Of a stretch of DNA of 64,000 nucleotides, positions 8,845 to 17,070 are shown piece after piece (the first letter of the stretch is position 1; the number at the start of each line of letters is the position of its first letter). Location: assembly GCA_963827275.1 (NCBI GenBank), contig CAWHAA010000008.1:448001-512000 (forward strand), given 5' to 3'. The DNA is from an uncultured Spirochaetota bacterium (GTDB lineage: Bacteria; Spirochaetota; UBA4802; UBA5550). A program made the position numbers and the translations under genes. Under the pieces are notes generated by a model, which did no database searches, was not told where the DNA came from, and saw nothing but the letters and a program-made list of their open reading frames with translations.

Positions 8845-10062
8845 TCAGCCTTTCAGGCGTCTCAGCAGCATGAAGACGTCGTTGTCATCCATAATCGTTG
8901 GTACGGGATAGGGGATGCACTCGCGGTGTATGGACCGCGCAATTTCAGCGAAGTCCTGCTCCTGGAGCTCCGGGATGGTCTCGCCGATGCCGTAGGCGCG
9001 ATTGAGGCCCCGTATAGCTTCGATGAAGGCCGCCGCCTTCTGGGGGTCGCTCATGCCCGGCTGTGACGCGTTGATGACATCGGCAAGCCTGGCGAGGCGT
9101 CGGTGGACCTTTGCGCCGTAGTACTCGAAGACGAGCGGCAGGACGGCGCCGATCACCCTGCCGTGCGGGAGGTCATACATGCCGCCGATCTTATGGGCAA
9201 ACGGATGGACATAGCCGGTCAGCGCGCGGTTAAGGACGATGCCGGCATAATAGGAGGCGAGAAGCATCCGGTTCCGTGCCTCGATGTCCTTGCCGTTTTT
9301 GCAGGCCCGGTCAATATTCCCGAATATCATCCTGACCGCTTTTTCCGTGTAGGAATCGGTATACGCACAGTGGGCGCCGCCGATATAGCCCTCGGTGGCA
9401 TGGGAGAGGGCGTCCATTGCCGTGACTGCCGTGATGAAGGGCGGCAGGCCGAGCGTGAGCTCGGGATCAAGCACGATATAGTGCGGGTGGATGAGAAAAT
9501 CGTTGACTGTGTATTTTACATGGGTTGCTGGATCGGTGACAACGGCAGCGCTGGTGGTCTCTGCGCCCGTGCCGGCGGTCGTCGGCACGGCGGCTATGCG
9601 CGGCAGTCTCTTTGGGACGGGCAGCATGATCTTGAAGTAGCCGCCCATCCTGTCCGCCGTCAGTCCTGGCCTCGCGACCCTTCCCGCGACGACCTTGGCG
9701 CAGTCCATGGAGGAGCCGCCACCGAACCCGACAACGGCGTCGCAGCCGTTTTTCAAATACTGCGCATACGCGTCCTCAATGTTTTCCACGGTGGGGTTCG
9801 GCTGCACGCCGCTGTATATCGCGTATGGCATTGTGATGGCATCAAACCCGGCAAAGAGACCTTGAAGCAGGTTTAACCTGATCAGCACGGAATCGGTTAC
9901 AACGAGCGGCTTTTTGATCCCCTTCGCCCGGAGCAGGGCGGGAAGTTTTTTAACGCTTCCCGGGCCCTCCAGGAGCACGCTTTTCTGCGGGGGCATGAGA
10001 TAATACGAATAGGCCAGGGTTGTTTTCAGGGCCCTGAGAAGCGGTTTTCTGAATGGTATCAT
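8845..10062 (-). CDS. Iron-containing alcohol dehydrogenase
   Basis: GGGSSMD, PTTAGTGAE, DALSH, VHPFAH, LPHG. Confidence 0.92.
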   Translation of the reverse strand: MIPFRKPLLRALKTTLAYSYYLMPPQKSVLLEGPGSVKKLPALLRAKGIKKPLVVTDSVLIRLNLLQGLFAGFDAITMPYAIYSGVQPNPTVENIEDAYAQYLKNGCDAVVGFGGGSSMDCAKVVAGRVARPGLTADRMGGYFKIMLPVPKRLPRIAAVPTTAGTGAETTSAAVVTDPATHVKYTVNDFLIHPHYIVLDPELTLGLPPFITAVTAMDALSHATEGYIGGAHCAYTDSYTEKAVRMIFGNIDRACKNGKDIEARNRMLLASYYAGIVLNRALTGYVHPFAHKIGGMYDLPHGRVIGAVLPLVFEYYGAKVHRRLARLADVINASQPGMSDPQKAAAFIEAIRGLNRAYGIGETIPELQEQDFAEIARSIHRECIPYPVPTIMDDNDVFMLLRRLKG

Positions 10063-10190
10063 CCTGTGGCCCCCTCTGTAATTTTAAACATCAGGGTGAT
10101 TGTAACAATATCATTTGTCAATGCTAATATTCAGGGCAAGGCGTTCCGCGCCAGAGTGTATTTTTTTGGATAAAATTAATCTTTTTTTTA

Positions 10191-10219
10191 TTGACAATAA
10201 CAAATGAAATGAGTAGGTT
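10191..10219 (+). promoter_or_regulatory. Candidate sigma70 promoter of the catabolic operon
   Basis: TTGACA-N17-TAGGTT in an AT-rich intergenic region. Confidence 0.55.
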
Positions 10220-10229
10220 TAATTGAGAT

Positions 10230-10246
10230 TTGGTTGGTCGTCCAAT
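10230..10246 (+). promoter_or_regulatory. Predicted TetR (BetI-like) operator 1
   Basis: TTGGTTGGTCGTCCAAT just downstream of the -10; near-identical copy at 10353, related copy at 25795. Confidence 0.6.
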
Positions 10247-10352
10247 TTAAATATTGGACTCAAAATTAAATAATAATTATCATCAATTTATTCGCCTTTT
10301 GTGTGGAGTATCGAGGGAACTGCCCATGAGCCGGTTTTTGCAAACTATTATA

Positions 10353-10369
10353 TTGGTTGGCCGTCCAAT
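10353..10369 (+). promoter_or_regulatory. Predicted TetR operator 2
   Basis: TTGGTTGGCCGTCCAAT, 16 of 17 bases identical to operator 1. Confidence 0.6.
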
Positions 10370-10442
10370 CAACACTCTGACCGGCGTTGTGGCATGCTAT
10401 GCATTGACGGCGTTCTTTTAAATCCCTGGCCGGCTGGTACCT

Positions 10443-11096
10443 ATGCTTCTCAAAGGCTGTCTTCATGTCCACACCACCTGTTCCGACGGGAAACTGTCGC
10501 CGCAGGAGATGGCTGACGCGTACGAGTCACGGGGGTATGATTTCCTGGCGTTCACGGACCATGACTACCTTTTGAAGCCGAACTACCGTGAGATGTACGA
10601 CCGGGTTAAAACCGGCATGATCATTTTTCACGGCATGGAGATTACGGTGTATGTCAGGGGCTACCTTCACGTGGGGCAAATCGAGGGCGACGGCGAAACG
10701 CTGCGCATCTTCAACCATATAGGCGAATATAACATGTCGCCGGAGCAGGTGCTTGAGCGGCTGGCGGTGCTGGAAACCATGTATCCCCTCGATGCCGTTG
10801 AGATAACGACAAAGGGATTCCGCGATGCCGCGTTCGAGTCGCTGGACCTGCGGTACCCGAAAATCGCGTCCGATGATTCGCATACGCTGGTGGGCGTCGG
10901 GCGGGCATGGGTGGAATTGGACGCCGCGCGCGAGAAAGATTCAATACTGAGGGCGATAAAAGAAGGGAAAATTCTGGAACTGCTATGTTTGATCATACAC
11001 GGCAGCGCAATACTACAAGATATCATGAAGGAGGTTCAGCGTGATCCTTTATTTTTTCAGCACCAACAGGAGGATTGGCAATGGGTAAGAGAATAG
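10443..11096 (+). CDS. PHP-family metal-dependent phosphoesterase (C-terminus possibly frameshifted)
   Basis: HVHTTCSDG, FTDHD, SDDSH; the tail overlaps the next gene and its RBS. Confidence 0.8.
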   Translation: MLLKGCLHVHTTCSDGKLSPQEMADAYESRGYDFLAFTDHDYLLKPNYREMYDRVKTGMIIFHGMEITVYVRGYLHVGQIEGDGETLRIFNHIGEYNMSPEQVLERLAVLETMYPLDAVEITTKGFRDAAFESLDLRYPKIASDDSHTLVGVGRAWVELDAAREKDSILRAIKEGKILELLCLIIHGSAILQDIMKEVQRDPLFFQHQQEDWQWVRE

Positions 11097-12226
11097 CGGT
11101 CTGCGCCGTCGCGCAGATCAAAAACGAACCGGCATACAACCATATGCGCTTCCAGAACATGCTGCTCGAGTGCTTCGAGCCGATCATGGAAGAGACCAAG
11201 GTCACCTTTGACATGGAGAAGGGGATCAGGAACATCATCACCTGCTCGGATGACGTGTTTGACGCGCGGACCATATCCAACAACGGCATCACCGACGTGG
11301 TGGGCGCCCACTTCCGCGGGGAAGAGAAGATGGCCCAGGAGAGCATCAACGGCCTCGGCTACGCCATGGCCTGCATCCTGAGCGGCCATGACGACGTGAT
11401 CCTGTTCATGGGCCACTGCAAGGAATCGCAGGGAGAGAGCAGGAGAATGGCCACCAACCTCGCGTACGACCCGTTCTACTGCAGGCCCCTCGGCATGGAT
11501 TTCCAGAACGCGGACGCGCTGCAGGCCAGGGCATACATGGAAAAATCAGGCGTCACCGACAGTCACCTTGCGAAGATAGTGGCGCGTTCAAGGAAAAACG
11601 CGAAGAAGAACCCCTACGCGCGGGAAAACAAGCTTGTCGATGAAAAAGAAGTCATGAATTCGCCGATGTACCTTGATCCGCTCCGGGAACTCCACGTGTA
11701 CCCGGTCACCGACTGGGCGTACGGGATGCTGCTCTGCTGCGAGGAGCGCGCCAGGGAGTTCACGAAAAACCCGGTCTGGATCACCGGGTACGGGAGCTGC
11801 ATGGACCGGTATTTCCTCGGCGACCGGGACCTTTCGTCGAACTTCTCCCTCAGGAACGCGGCCGAGCGCGCGTATGCAAAGGCGGGGATCAAGGACCCGA
11901 GAAAAGAGGTGCAGCTGTTTGAATTAAGCGACCACGCAGCGCACCAGCTCCCGATGTGGGCCGAAGGCGTCGGCATAGCGGAGGAAGGCAGGGGCGGCAC
12001 ATGGATCGATGACGGCGGCATGGACACGTTCAACGTGAACCTGTCGGGCGGCCAGCTCAATGGCAACCCGCTCCTCCTCGGGGGCGCGGCCAGGGCCATT
12101 GAATGCTACTACCAGCTCTCCGGCCAGGCGGGCGAGCGCCAGGTCAAGGGCGTCAGGAAAGCTGTCGCCCAGGCGGCAACCGGCGGGGCAGGCCAGCACC
12201 AGGCCGTCATAGTTATGGAAGCGTAG
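11081..12226 (+). CDS. Thiolase-fold protein, Ltp4-like, no catalytic Cys
   Basis: TCSDDVFDARTIS, EEKMAQES, NLSGGQLNGNP; GGAGG RBS before ATG 11081. Confidence 0.8.
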   Translation: MGKRIAVCAVAQIKNEPAYNHMRFQNMLLECFEPIMEETKVTFDMEKGIRNIITCSDDVFDARTISNNGITDVVGAHFRGEEKMAQESINGLGYAMACILSGHDDVILFMGHCKESQGESRRMATNLAYDPFYCRPLGMDFQNADALQARAYMEKSGVTDSHLAKIVARSRKNAKKNPYARENKLVDEKEVMNSPMYLDPLRELHVYPVTDWAYGMLLCCEERAREFTKNPVWITGYGSCMDRYFLGDRDLSSNFSLRNAAERAYAKAGIKDPRKEVQLFELSDHAAHQLPMWAEGVGIAEEGRGGTWIDDGGMDTFNVNLSGGQLNGNPLLLGGAARAIECYYQLSGQAGERQVKGVRKAVAQAATGGAGQHQAVIVMEA

Positions 12227-12238
12227 GGAGGTTTGACA

Positions 12239-13438
12239 ATGGCACACAGGAAGAAAAACAGGAATGTCGGCATAATAGGCATCGGGCAGACGAAGCACTC
12301 CAGCCACCGCGAGGACGTGAACCAGCCTGAAATGATACACGAGGCGGTCAGCCTGGCGTTGAAAGACGCGAACCTGACCATGAAGGACATCGACTGCATC
12401 GTCCATGGCAACATGGAGCTGTTTGAAATGATCCATCAGCCGGACATGTGGCACGTGCTGGGGACCGGCGGGTACGGCAGGGAGTGCATCCGGATCACCA
12501 CCGGCGGCACGGTCGGGGCGACCATCTCCTGCGCGTCGGACAACCTGGTGGCGTCGGGCATGTACGATATCGTCATGGCCATCGGCTTCGAGAAGCAGCA
12601 GGAGGGGCACACCACCGGCGGCATCACCAACATGGCGGACCCGCTCTGGTTCCGGAAAATCCAGGCGGGGGCGCTCACCGGCTCCGCGGCGTACGACGTC
12701 GAGCGTGAATTCGGGCTCGAGCGGGCCAACAAGGCGTCGCTGACCTACCGCATCATCATGGACAAGCACGCCGGGCTCAATCCCAACGCGCACCGCTCCT
12801 TCGGCCTGGACTTCAGCCAGATCGACGACCTCATCAAGAGCTCTCCGAAGCTCGTCGGCGACCTGAAGCTCATCGAGATGTGCTCCCAGTCGGACGGCGC
12901 CTGCTGCGTCATCTACGCCTGCGAGAAAAAGGCGAAGCAGCTTTCAAAGAACCCGGTCTGGATACGGGACCATATCACCAAGCACAAGGAAGAGACCTTC
13001 ACCATCTTCGGATACGACAAGAAATACCCCTGGATGATGACGCATAAGGTCGCGGCGGCGGAGCTCTTCAGGCGGAACGAAATCAAGAACCCGCTGGAAT
13101 ATTTCGACGTGTTCGAGATGTACGACCCGGCGACCTGGTGGGCGATGGACTGGATCAGGGACTTCTTCGCCCTGAAAGGCGACGAGCACCTGAAGCTCAT
13201 AGAGGACAGGGAGATCATGATCGGCGGGAAGATGCCTATCAACCCGTCAGGCGGCGTCATCGGCTCGAACCCGATCGGCGCGACCGCGCTGATACGCGTG
13301 GCCGAGGCGGCCCTGCAGGTGCGCGGCAACGCGGGCGGCCACCAGATCCCCACCCCGGTCAACCACGCGCTCGCCTCGGGCTTCGGCGGCACGATGTGGA
13401 CGGTGCTCACGATGCTCGAGAAGGAACTTAACTGGTAG
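12239..13438 (+). CDS. Thiolase-fold protein, Ltp3-like, no catalytic Cys
   Basis: IIGIGQTKH, RITTGGTVG, GFEKQQE, EMYDP, NPSGGVIGSNPIGA. Confidence 0.82.
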   Translation: MAHRKKNRNVGIIGIGQTKHSSHREDVNQPEMIHEAVSLALKDANLTMKDIDCIVHGNMELFEMIHQPDMWHVLGTGGYGRECIRITTGGTVGATISCASDNLVASGMYDIVMAIGFEKQQEGHTTGGITNMADPLWFRKIQAGALTGSAAYDVEREFGLERANKASLTYRIIMDKHAGLNPNAHRSFGLDFSQIDDLIKSSPKLVGDLKLIEMCSQSDGACCVIYACEKKAKQLSKNPVWIRDHITKHKEETFTIFGYDKKYPWMMTHKVAAAELFRRNEIKNPLEYFDVFEMYDPATWWAMDWIRDFFALKGDEHLKLIEDREIMIGGKMPINPSGGVIGSNPIGATALIRVAEAALQVRGNAGGHQIPTPVNHALASGFGGTMWTVLTMLEKELNW

Positions 13439-13448
13439 GAGGAGAACA

Positions 13449-14639
13449 ATGGCGGAATACTGGGGAATAAAAGTAGAAGATATATTCAACTCGATGAAGG
13501 AACGTTTCCGTCCCGAGGGAGCCAAGGGAGTCGACGCCGTGTTCGGCTACGACATCAAGGACGAGGGTAAATGGAAACTGACGGTACGGAACAATGAAAT
13601 GAAGCTGGAGAAGACCGATGACCTGTCGGGCGCTGTGGCGACCATGAAGGCCGACGGCGAGACCTTCGTGGGCGTCAACACCGGCAAGGTTGACGCGGCC
13701 AACGCCTTCATGGGCGGCAAGGTCAAGGTCGAGGGCGACATGGGCGCCTTCGGCAAGACCGGCAAGCTCTTTCGCAAGTATGTCATAGCGCCCAAAGCGA
13801 TGACGACGAAGGATTACCTCGCGGACATGTTCGGGACGATCGTGGCGCGCTTCAAGCCCGATGATGCCGCCGGCGTGGACGCGTCATTCGCCTACGATCT
13901 CGGCGGCCCTGACGGCGGGAAGTGGACCGTGTTCGTCAAGGACAAGACGTGCACGCTCACGACGACGATCGAGGGGAAGCCATCGGTGACCCTCGAGTTC
14001 AACGATGCCAGGGATTACGTCGATTTCATACTGGGAAAAATCGACGCGCAGAGCCTCCTGGCCGCCGGGAAAGGATCGGCAAAGGGAGACATCAACCTGA
14101 TTCAGACCAAGTGGCCTGTCATGTTCGAGAAATACAAGGACCCGATGGGCAGCGCCGTTCCCGAGCAGGAGCTCCTGGTGCTCAAGAAGATCATCTCGGT
14201 GAACCAGAAGTACGCGACCGGCCCGGTCATGGGCAAGTTCCTCAAGGGCCTGAAGGAGAAAACAATATTCGGGAACCGGTGCCCGAAGTGCGGGCGGATG
14301 CAGCTGCCGCCGCGCGAAGTCTGCGCCGAGTGCCGGGTGCGCGCCGCCGAGTTCGTGGAGGTCGGGCCGAAGGGCGAAGTCCGGTACATGGACATCGTCT
14401 ATTACGCCATGCCTGACCCGCTGACCGGCATTGCGCGCGAGACCCCGTACGGGGCCATCAATGTCCTGCTGGACGGCTGCAAGGGCAACGAGACCCTGCC
14501 GCATTTCATACGGAAGGACCAGATCGAAAAGATCCAGATGGGCTGGAACGAAAAGAAGGGGACCCGGGTCCGTCCCGTGTGGGAGGACAACCGTATCGGC
14601 GATATATGGGACATCAAATACTTCGAGATTGATGAGTGA
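13449..14639 (+). CDS. SCP2-SCP2-DUF35 (Zn-ribbon/OB-fold) fusion
   Basis: Two RF(R/K)PxxAxGVDAxFxYD...GKW repeats with FMGGKVKVEGD and LAAGKGSAKGD, then CPKC...PPREVCAEC OB-fold. Confidence 0.88.
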   Translation: MAEYWGIKVEDIFNSMKERFRPEGAKGVDAVFGYDIKDEGKWKLTVRNNEMKLEKTDDLSGAVATMKADGETFVGVNTGKVDAANAFMGGKVKVEGDMGAFGKTGKLFRKYVIAPKAMTTKDYLADMFGTIVARFKPDDAAGVDASFAYDLGGPDGGKWTVFVKDKTCTLTTTIEGKPSVTLEFNDARDYVDFILGKIDAQSLLAAGKGSAKGDINLIQTKWPVMFEKYKDPMGSAVPEQELLVLKKIISVNQKYATGPVMGKFLKGLKEKTIFGNRCPKCGRMQLPPREVCAECRVRAAEFVEVGPKGEVRYMDIVYYAMPDPLTGIARETPYGAINVLLDGCKGNETLPHFIRKDQIEKIQMGWNEKKGTRVRPVWEDNRIGDIWDIKYFEIDE

Positions 14640-14650
14640 GGAGCAGGGAT

Positions 14651-16078
14651 ATGACAACAAAGCAGATGAAAGGATTTGAAGACAGCTATATCGTTGAAGG
14701 CAAGATGGCGCTTCCTTATTCTTACTTCGCCGGCCGGGTCGGCAGCAAGTTCATCACGACCATCCGGGACCAGAAGAAGATCATGGGGGTGAAATGCCCG
14801 ACCTGCGACACGGTGTACCTTCCGCCGCGGCAGGTATGCGATAAGGATTTTACCGATATCCGCGACAACTGGGTGGAGGTGGGCAATAGCGGGACGGTGA
14901 CGAATTTCACGGTGGTGCGGTATGACGACAGGCACCTGCCCAGGAAGGCGCCCTTTGTCCTGGCCCTGATCAAGCTGGACGGGGCGACCACCCCGTTTGC
15001 GCACATACTCGAGGAATGCAGTATAGAGGATGTGAAGATCGGCATGAGCGTGGAGGCGGTGTTCGCCAAGGAAACGACGAGCACCATACTCGACATTGAT
15101 CATTTCAAGCCGGCCGCGGCGACACTGTCTGTCCATGAGCGCAACGCGGCCCGGAAGCAATGGGTTCCGGAGGAAGAGCCGGAGACACAACATCAACGGA
15201 AAGGGGGAAGACCGGACATGTCAAAACCAGTAATAATCACCGCGGCGCTCACCGGTGCCGCGACCATGAAGAACCAGAACCCGAGCGTGCCGTACACGCC
15301 GGCCGAATTCGCGGAAGAGGCGTACAAGTGCTGGAAGGCCGGCGCGGCCATGGTGCACGTGCACGCGAGGATGGACAACGGCTTCGCGACCGAGGACCAC
15401 GAGCGCATACGGACGACCCATGACGCCATCAAGCAGAAGTGCCCTGACCTCATCGTGAACCTGAGCTCGGCGGTGGGCATGGGCAAGACGGCGGAGCAGC
15501 GGATCAGCCAGATCGTGGCGGTCAAGCCGGAGATGGCGTCTCTCAACACCAATACGATGAACTTCAGCATCATCGACCGGAAGACCGGCAAGATCTTTAT
15601 CGATTACGTGTTCGAGAACACCTTCACCATGCTGCAGGACTTCGGCAGGGCGATGGAGGAGAACGGCGTGAAGCCCGAGATCGAGGTGTATGACATGGGC
15701 GGGTTCGACAACACCATGCTGATCGCGAAACAGGGCTTCTTTACCGACCCGATGAACTTCAACTTCGTGTGGGGCGTCGCCGGCGGCCAGTCGTTCAGGG
15801 CGGATTCGTTCATCGCGCTGATGAACGCGCTGCCGCCGAAGGCGAACTTCACGACCTGCGGCGTGGGCACCGACGAGTTCCCCGGCATCATGCAGTCCTG
15901 CCTCCTGGGCGGGCACATGCGGGTCGGCCTCGAGGACAACATCCGTATGCCGAACGGCGAGCTTGCCAAGGGAAGCTACGAGCTGGTCGAAGTGGCCGTC
16001 AGGGTGGCCGATTGCCTCGGCAGGCCGGTTGCGACGCCGGCGGAAGCGCGCGCGATCATGGGACTGAAGAAGAAGTAA
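14651..16078 (+). CDS. DUF35 fused to beta-keto acid cleavage enzyme (BKACE/Kce, DUF849)
   Basis: CPTC...PPRQVCDKD, LIKLDGA, VKIGMSVEAVF; then VIITAALTG, VHVHAR, PEMASLN, KPEIEVYD, HMRVGLEDN. Confidence 0.88.
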   Translation: MTTKQMKGFEDSYIVEGKMALPYSYFAGRVGSKFITTIRDQKKIMGVKCPTCDTVYLPPRQVCDKDFTDIRDNWVEVGNSGTVTNFTVVRYDDRHLPRKAPFVLALIKLDGATTPFAHILEECSIEDVKIGMSVEAVFAKETTSTILDIDHFKPAAATLSVHERNAARKQWVPEEEPETQHQRKGGRPDMSKPVIITAALTGAATMKNQNPSVPYTPAEFAEEAYKCWKAGAAMVHVHARMDNGFATEDHERIRTTHDAIKQKCPDLIVNLSSAVGMGKTAEQRISQIVAVKPEMASLNTNTMNFSIIDRKTGKIFIDYVFENTFTMLQDFGRAMEENGVKPEIEVYDMGGFDNTMLIAKQGFFTDPMNFNFVWGVAGGQSFRADSFIALMNALPPKANFTTCGVGTDEFPGIMQSCLLGGHMRVGLEDNIRMPNGELAKGSYELVEVAVRVADCLGRPVATPAEARAIMGLKKK

Positions 16079-16086
16079 TTAATGTT

Positions 16087-16138
16087 GCCTGCCCGCATGG
16101 AGGCGGGGTCACGTGACCCCGCCTCCATGCGGGCAGGC
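16087..16138. repeat. Perfect 52-bp palindrome with no spacer
   Basis: GCCTGCCCGCATGGAGGCGGGGTCAC followed directly by GTGACCCCGCCTCCATGCGGGCAGGC. Confidence 0.95.
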
Positions 16139-16174
16139 CGGGCATCATCACGTGCAATACCGAGGGAGAGCTCA

Positions 16175-16954
16175 ATGGCCGACAAATGCTATTATGAAGT
16201 GAACGAGCGGGGCATCGCCCTTCTGAAGATCAGCAACCCGCCGATGAACGCGCTGGACGAGGAGACCATGCGCCAGCTGGAGAGCTCAATGAAAAAGATC
16301 GCGGCGGACGAGGCGGTCAAGGTCGTCGTCGTGACCGGCGAGGGCGCCACGTTCGTTGTCGGCGCGGATGTCAGCAAGGTGAAGGAGGTCGACACGAGGG
16401 AGAAGGGGGAGGCGCTGACATCGGAAGCGCAGGGCATCATAAACCTGATCGAAAATTTACGGAAGCCGGTGATCGCGGCGATCAACGGCCTGTGCCTCGG
16501 CGGCGGGACCGAGCTTGCCATGGCGTGCCATATCCGCTTCATCGGAGACCAGGCCCAGATGGGCCTCCCGGAAATACTGCTGGGCATCATGCCCGCCTTC
16601 GGCGGGACGCAGCGGGCCGCGCGGCTGCTCGGCACGGCGCGCGCCATGGAGATCATGCTGACCGGCAGGTTCCTGCCGGCGGCGGAATGCGACAGGATCG
16701 GCCTGGTGAACAGGGTCGTCCCCCACGCGACGCTGCTTGAAGAAGCGATGAAGTTCGCGAAGGAGCTCTCGTACAAGGGGAGCGTGGCAATGGGCGCGAT
16801 AATCGAGGCGGTGACCAGGGGCGCGGACATGCCGCTTGCCGAGGGGCTGAAGCTTGAGAGCAGGCTGTTCGGCAGGCTGGCAGAGACGGAGGACAAGAAA
16901 GAGGGCATAGCGGCGTTTCTGGAGAAGCGGCGGCCGAGTTTTAAAGGCAGATGA
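16175..16954 (+). CDS. Enoyl-CoA hydratase (crotonase family)
   Basis: FVVGADV, AINGLCLGGGTELAMAC, GLPEILLG (both catalytic Glu present); start moved to ATG 16175. Confidence 0.92.
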   Translation: MADKCYYEVNERGIALLKISNPPMNALDEETMRQLESSMKKIAADEAVKVVVVTGEGATFVVGADVSKVKEVDTREKGEALTSEAQGIINLIENLRKPVIAAINGLCLGGGTELAMACHIRFIGDQAQMGLPEILLGIMPAFGGTQRAARLLGTARAMEIMLTGRFLPAAECDRIGLVNRVVPHATLLEEAMKFAKELSYKGSVAMGAIIEAVTRGADMPLAEGLKLESRLFGRLAETEDKKEGIAAFLEKRRPSFKGR

Positions 16955-17070
16955 GACAGATGCAGGCAATCACTCTATTCCGGAGCACGCGTTCCATGAG
17001 ATGTGCCGGGCATCTGAATGATGATGAGGACCTGGGGCTCAACGTCTGAAATTACAACAGGGGGAGTTCG

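Noticed and set aside
10390..10403. Sigma54 promoter TGGCATGCTATGCA
   Set aside because: GG to GC spacing is 8, not 10
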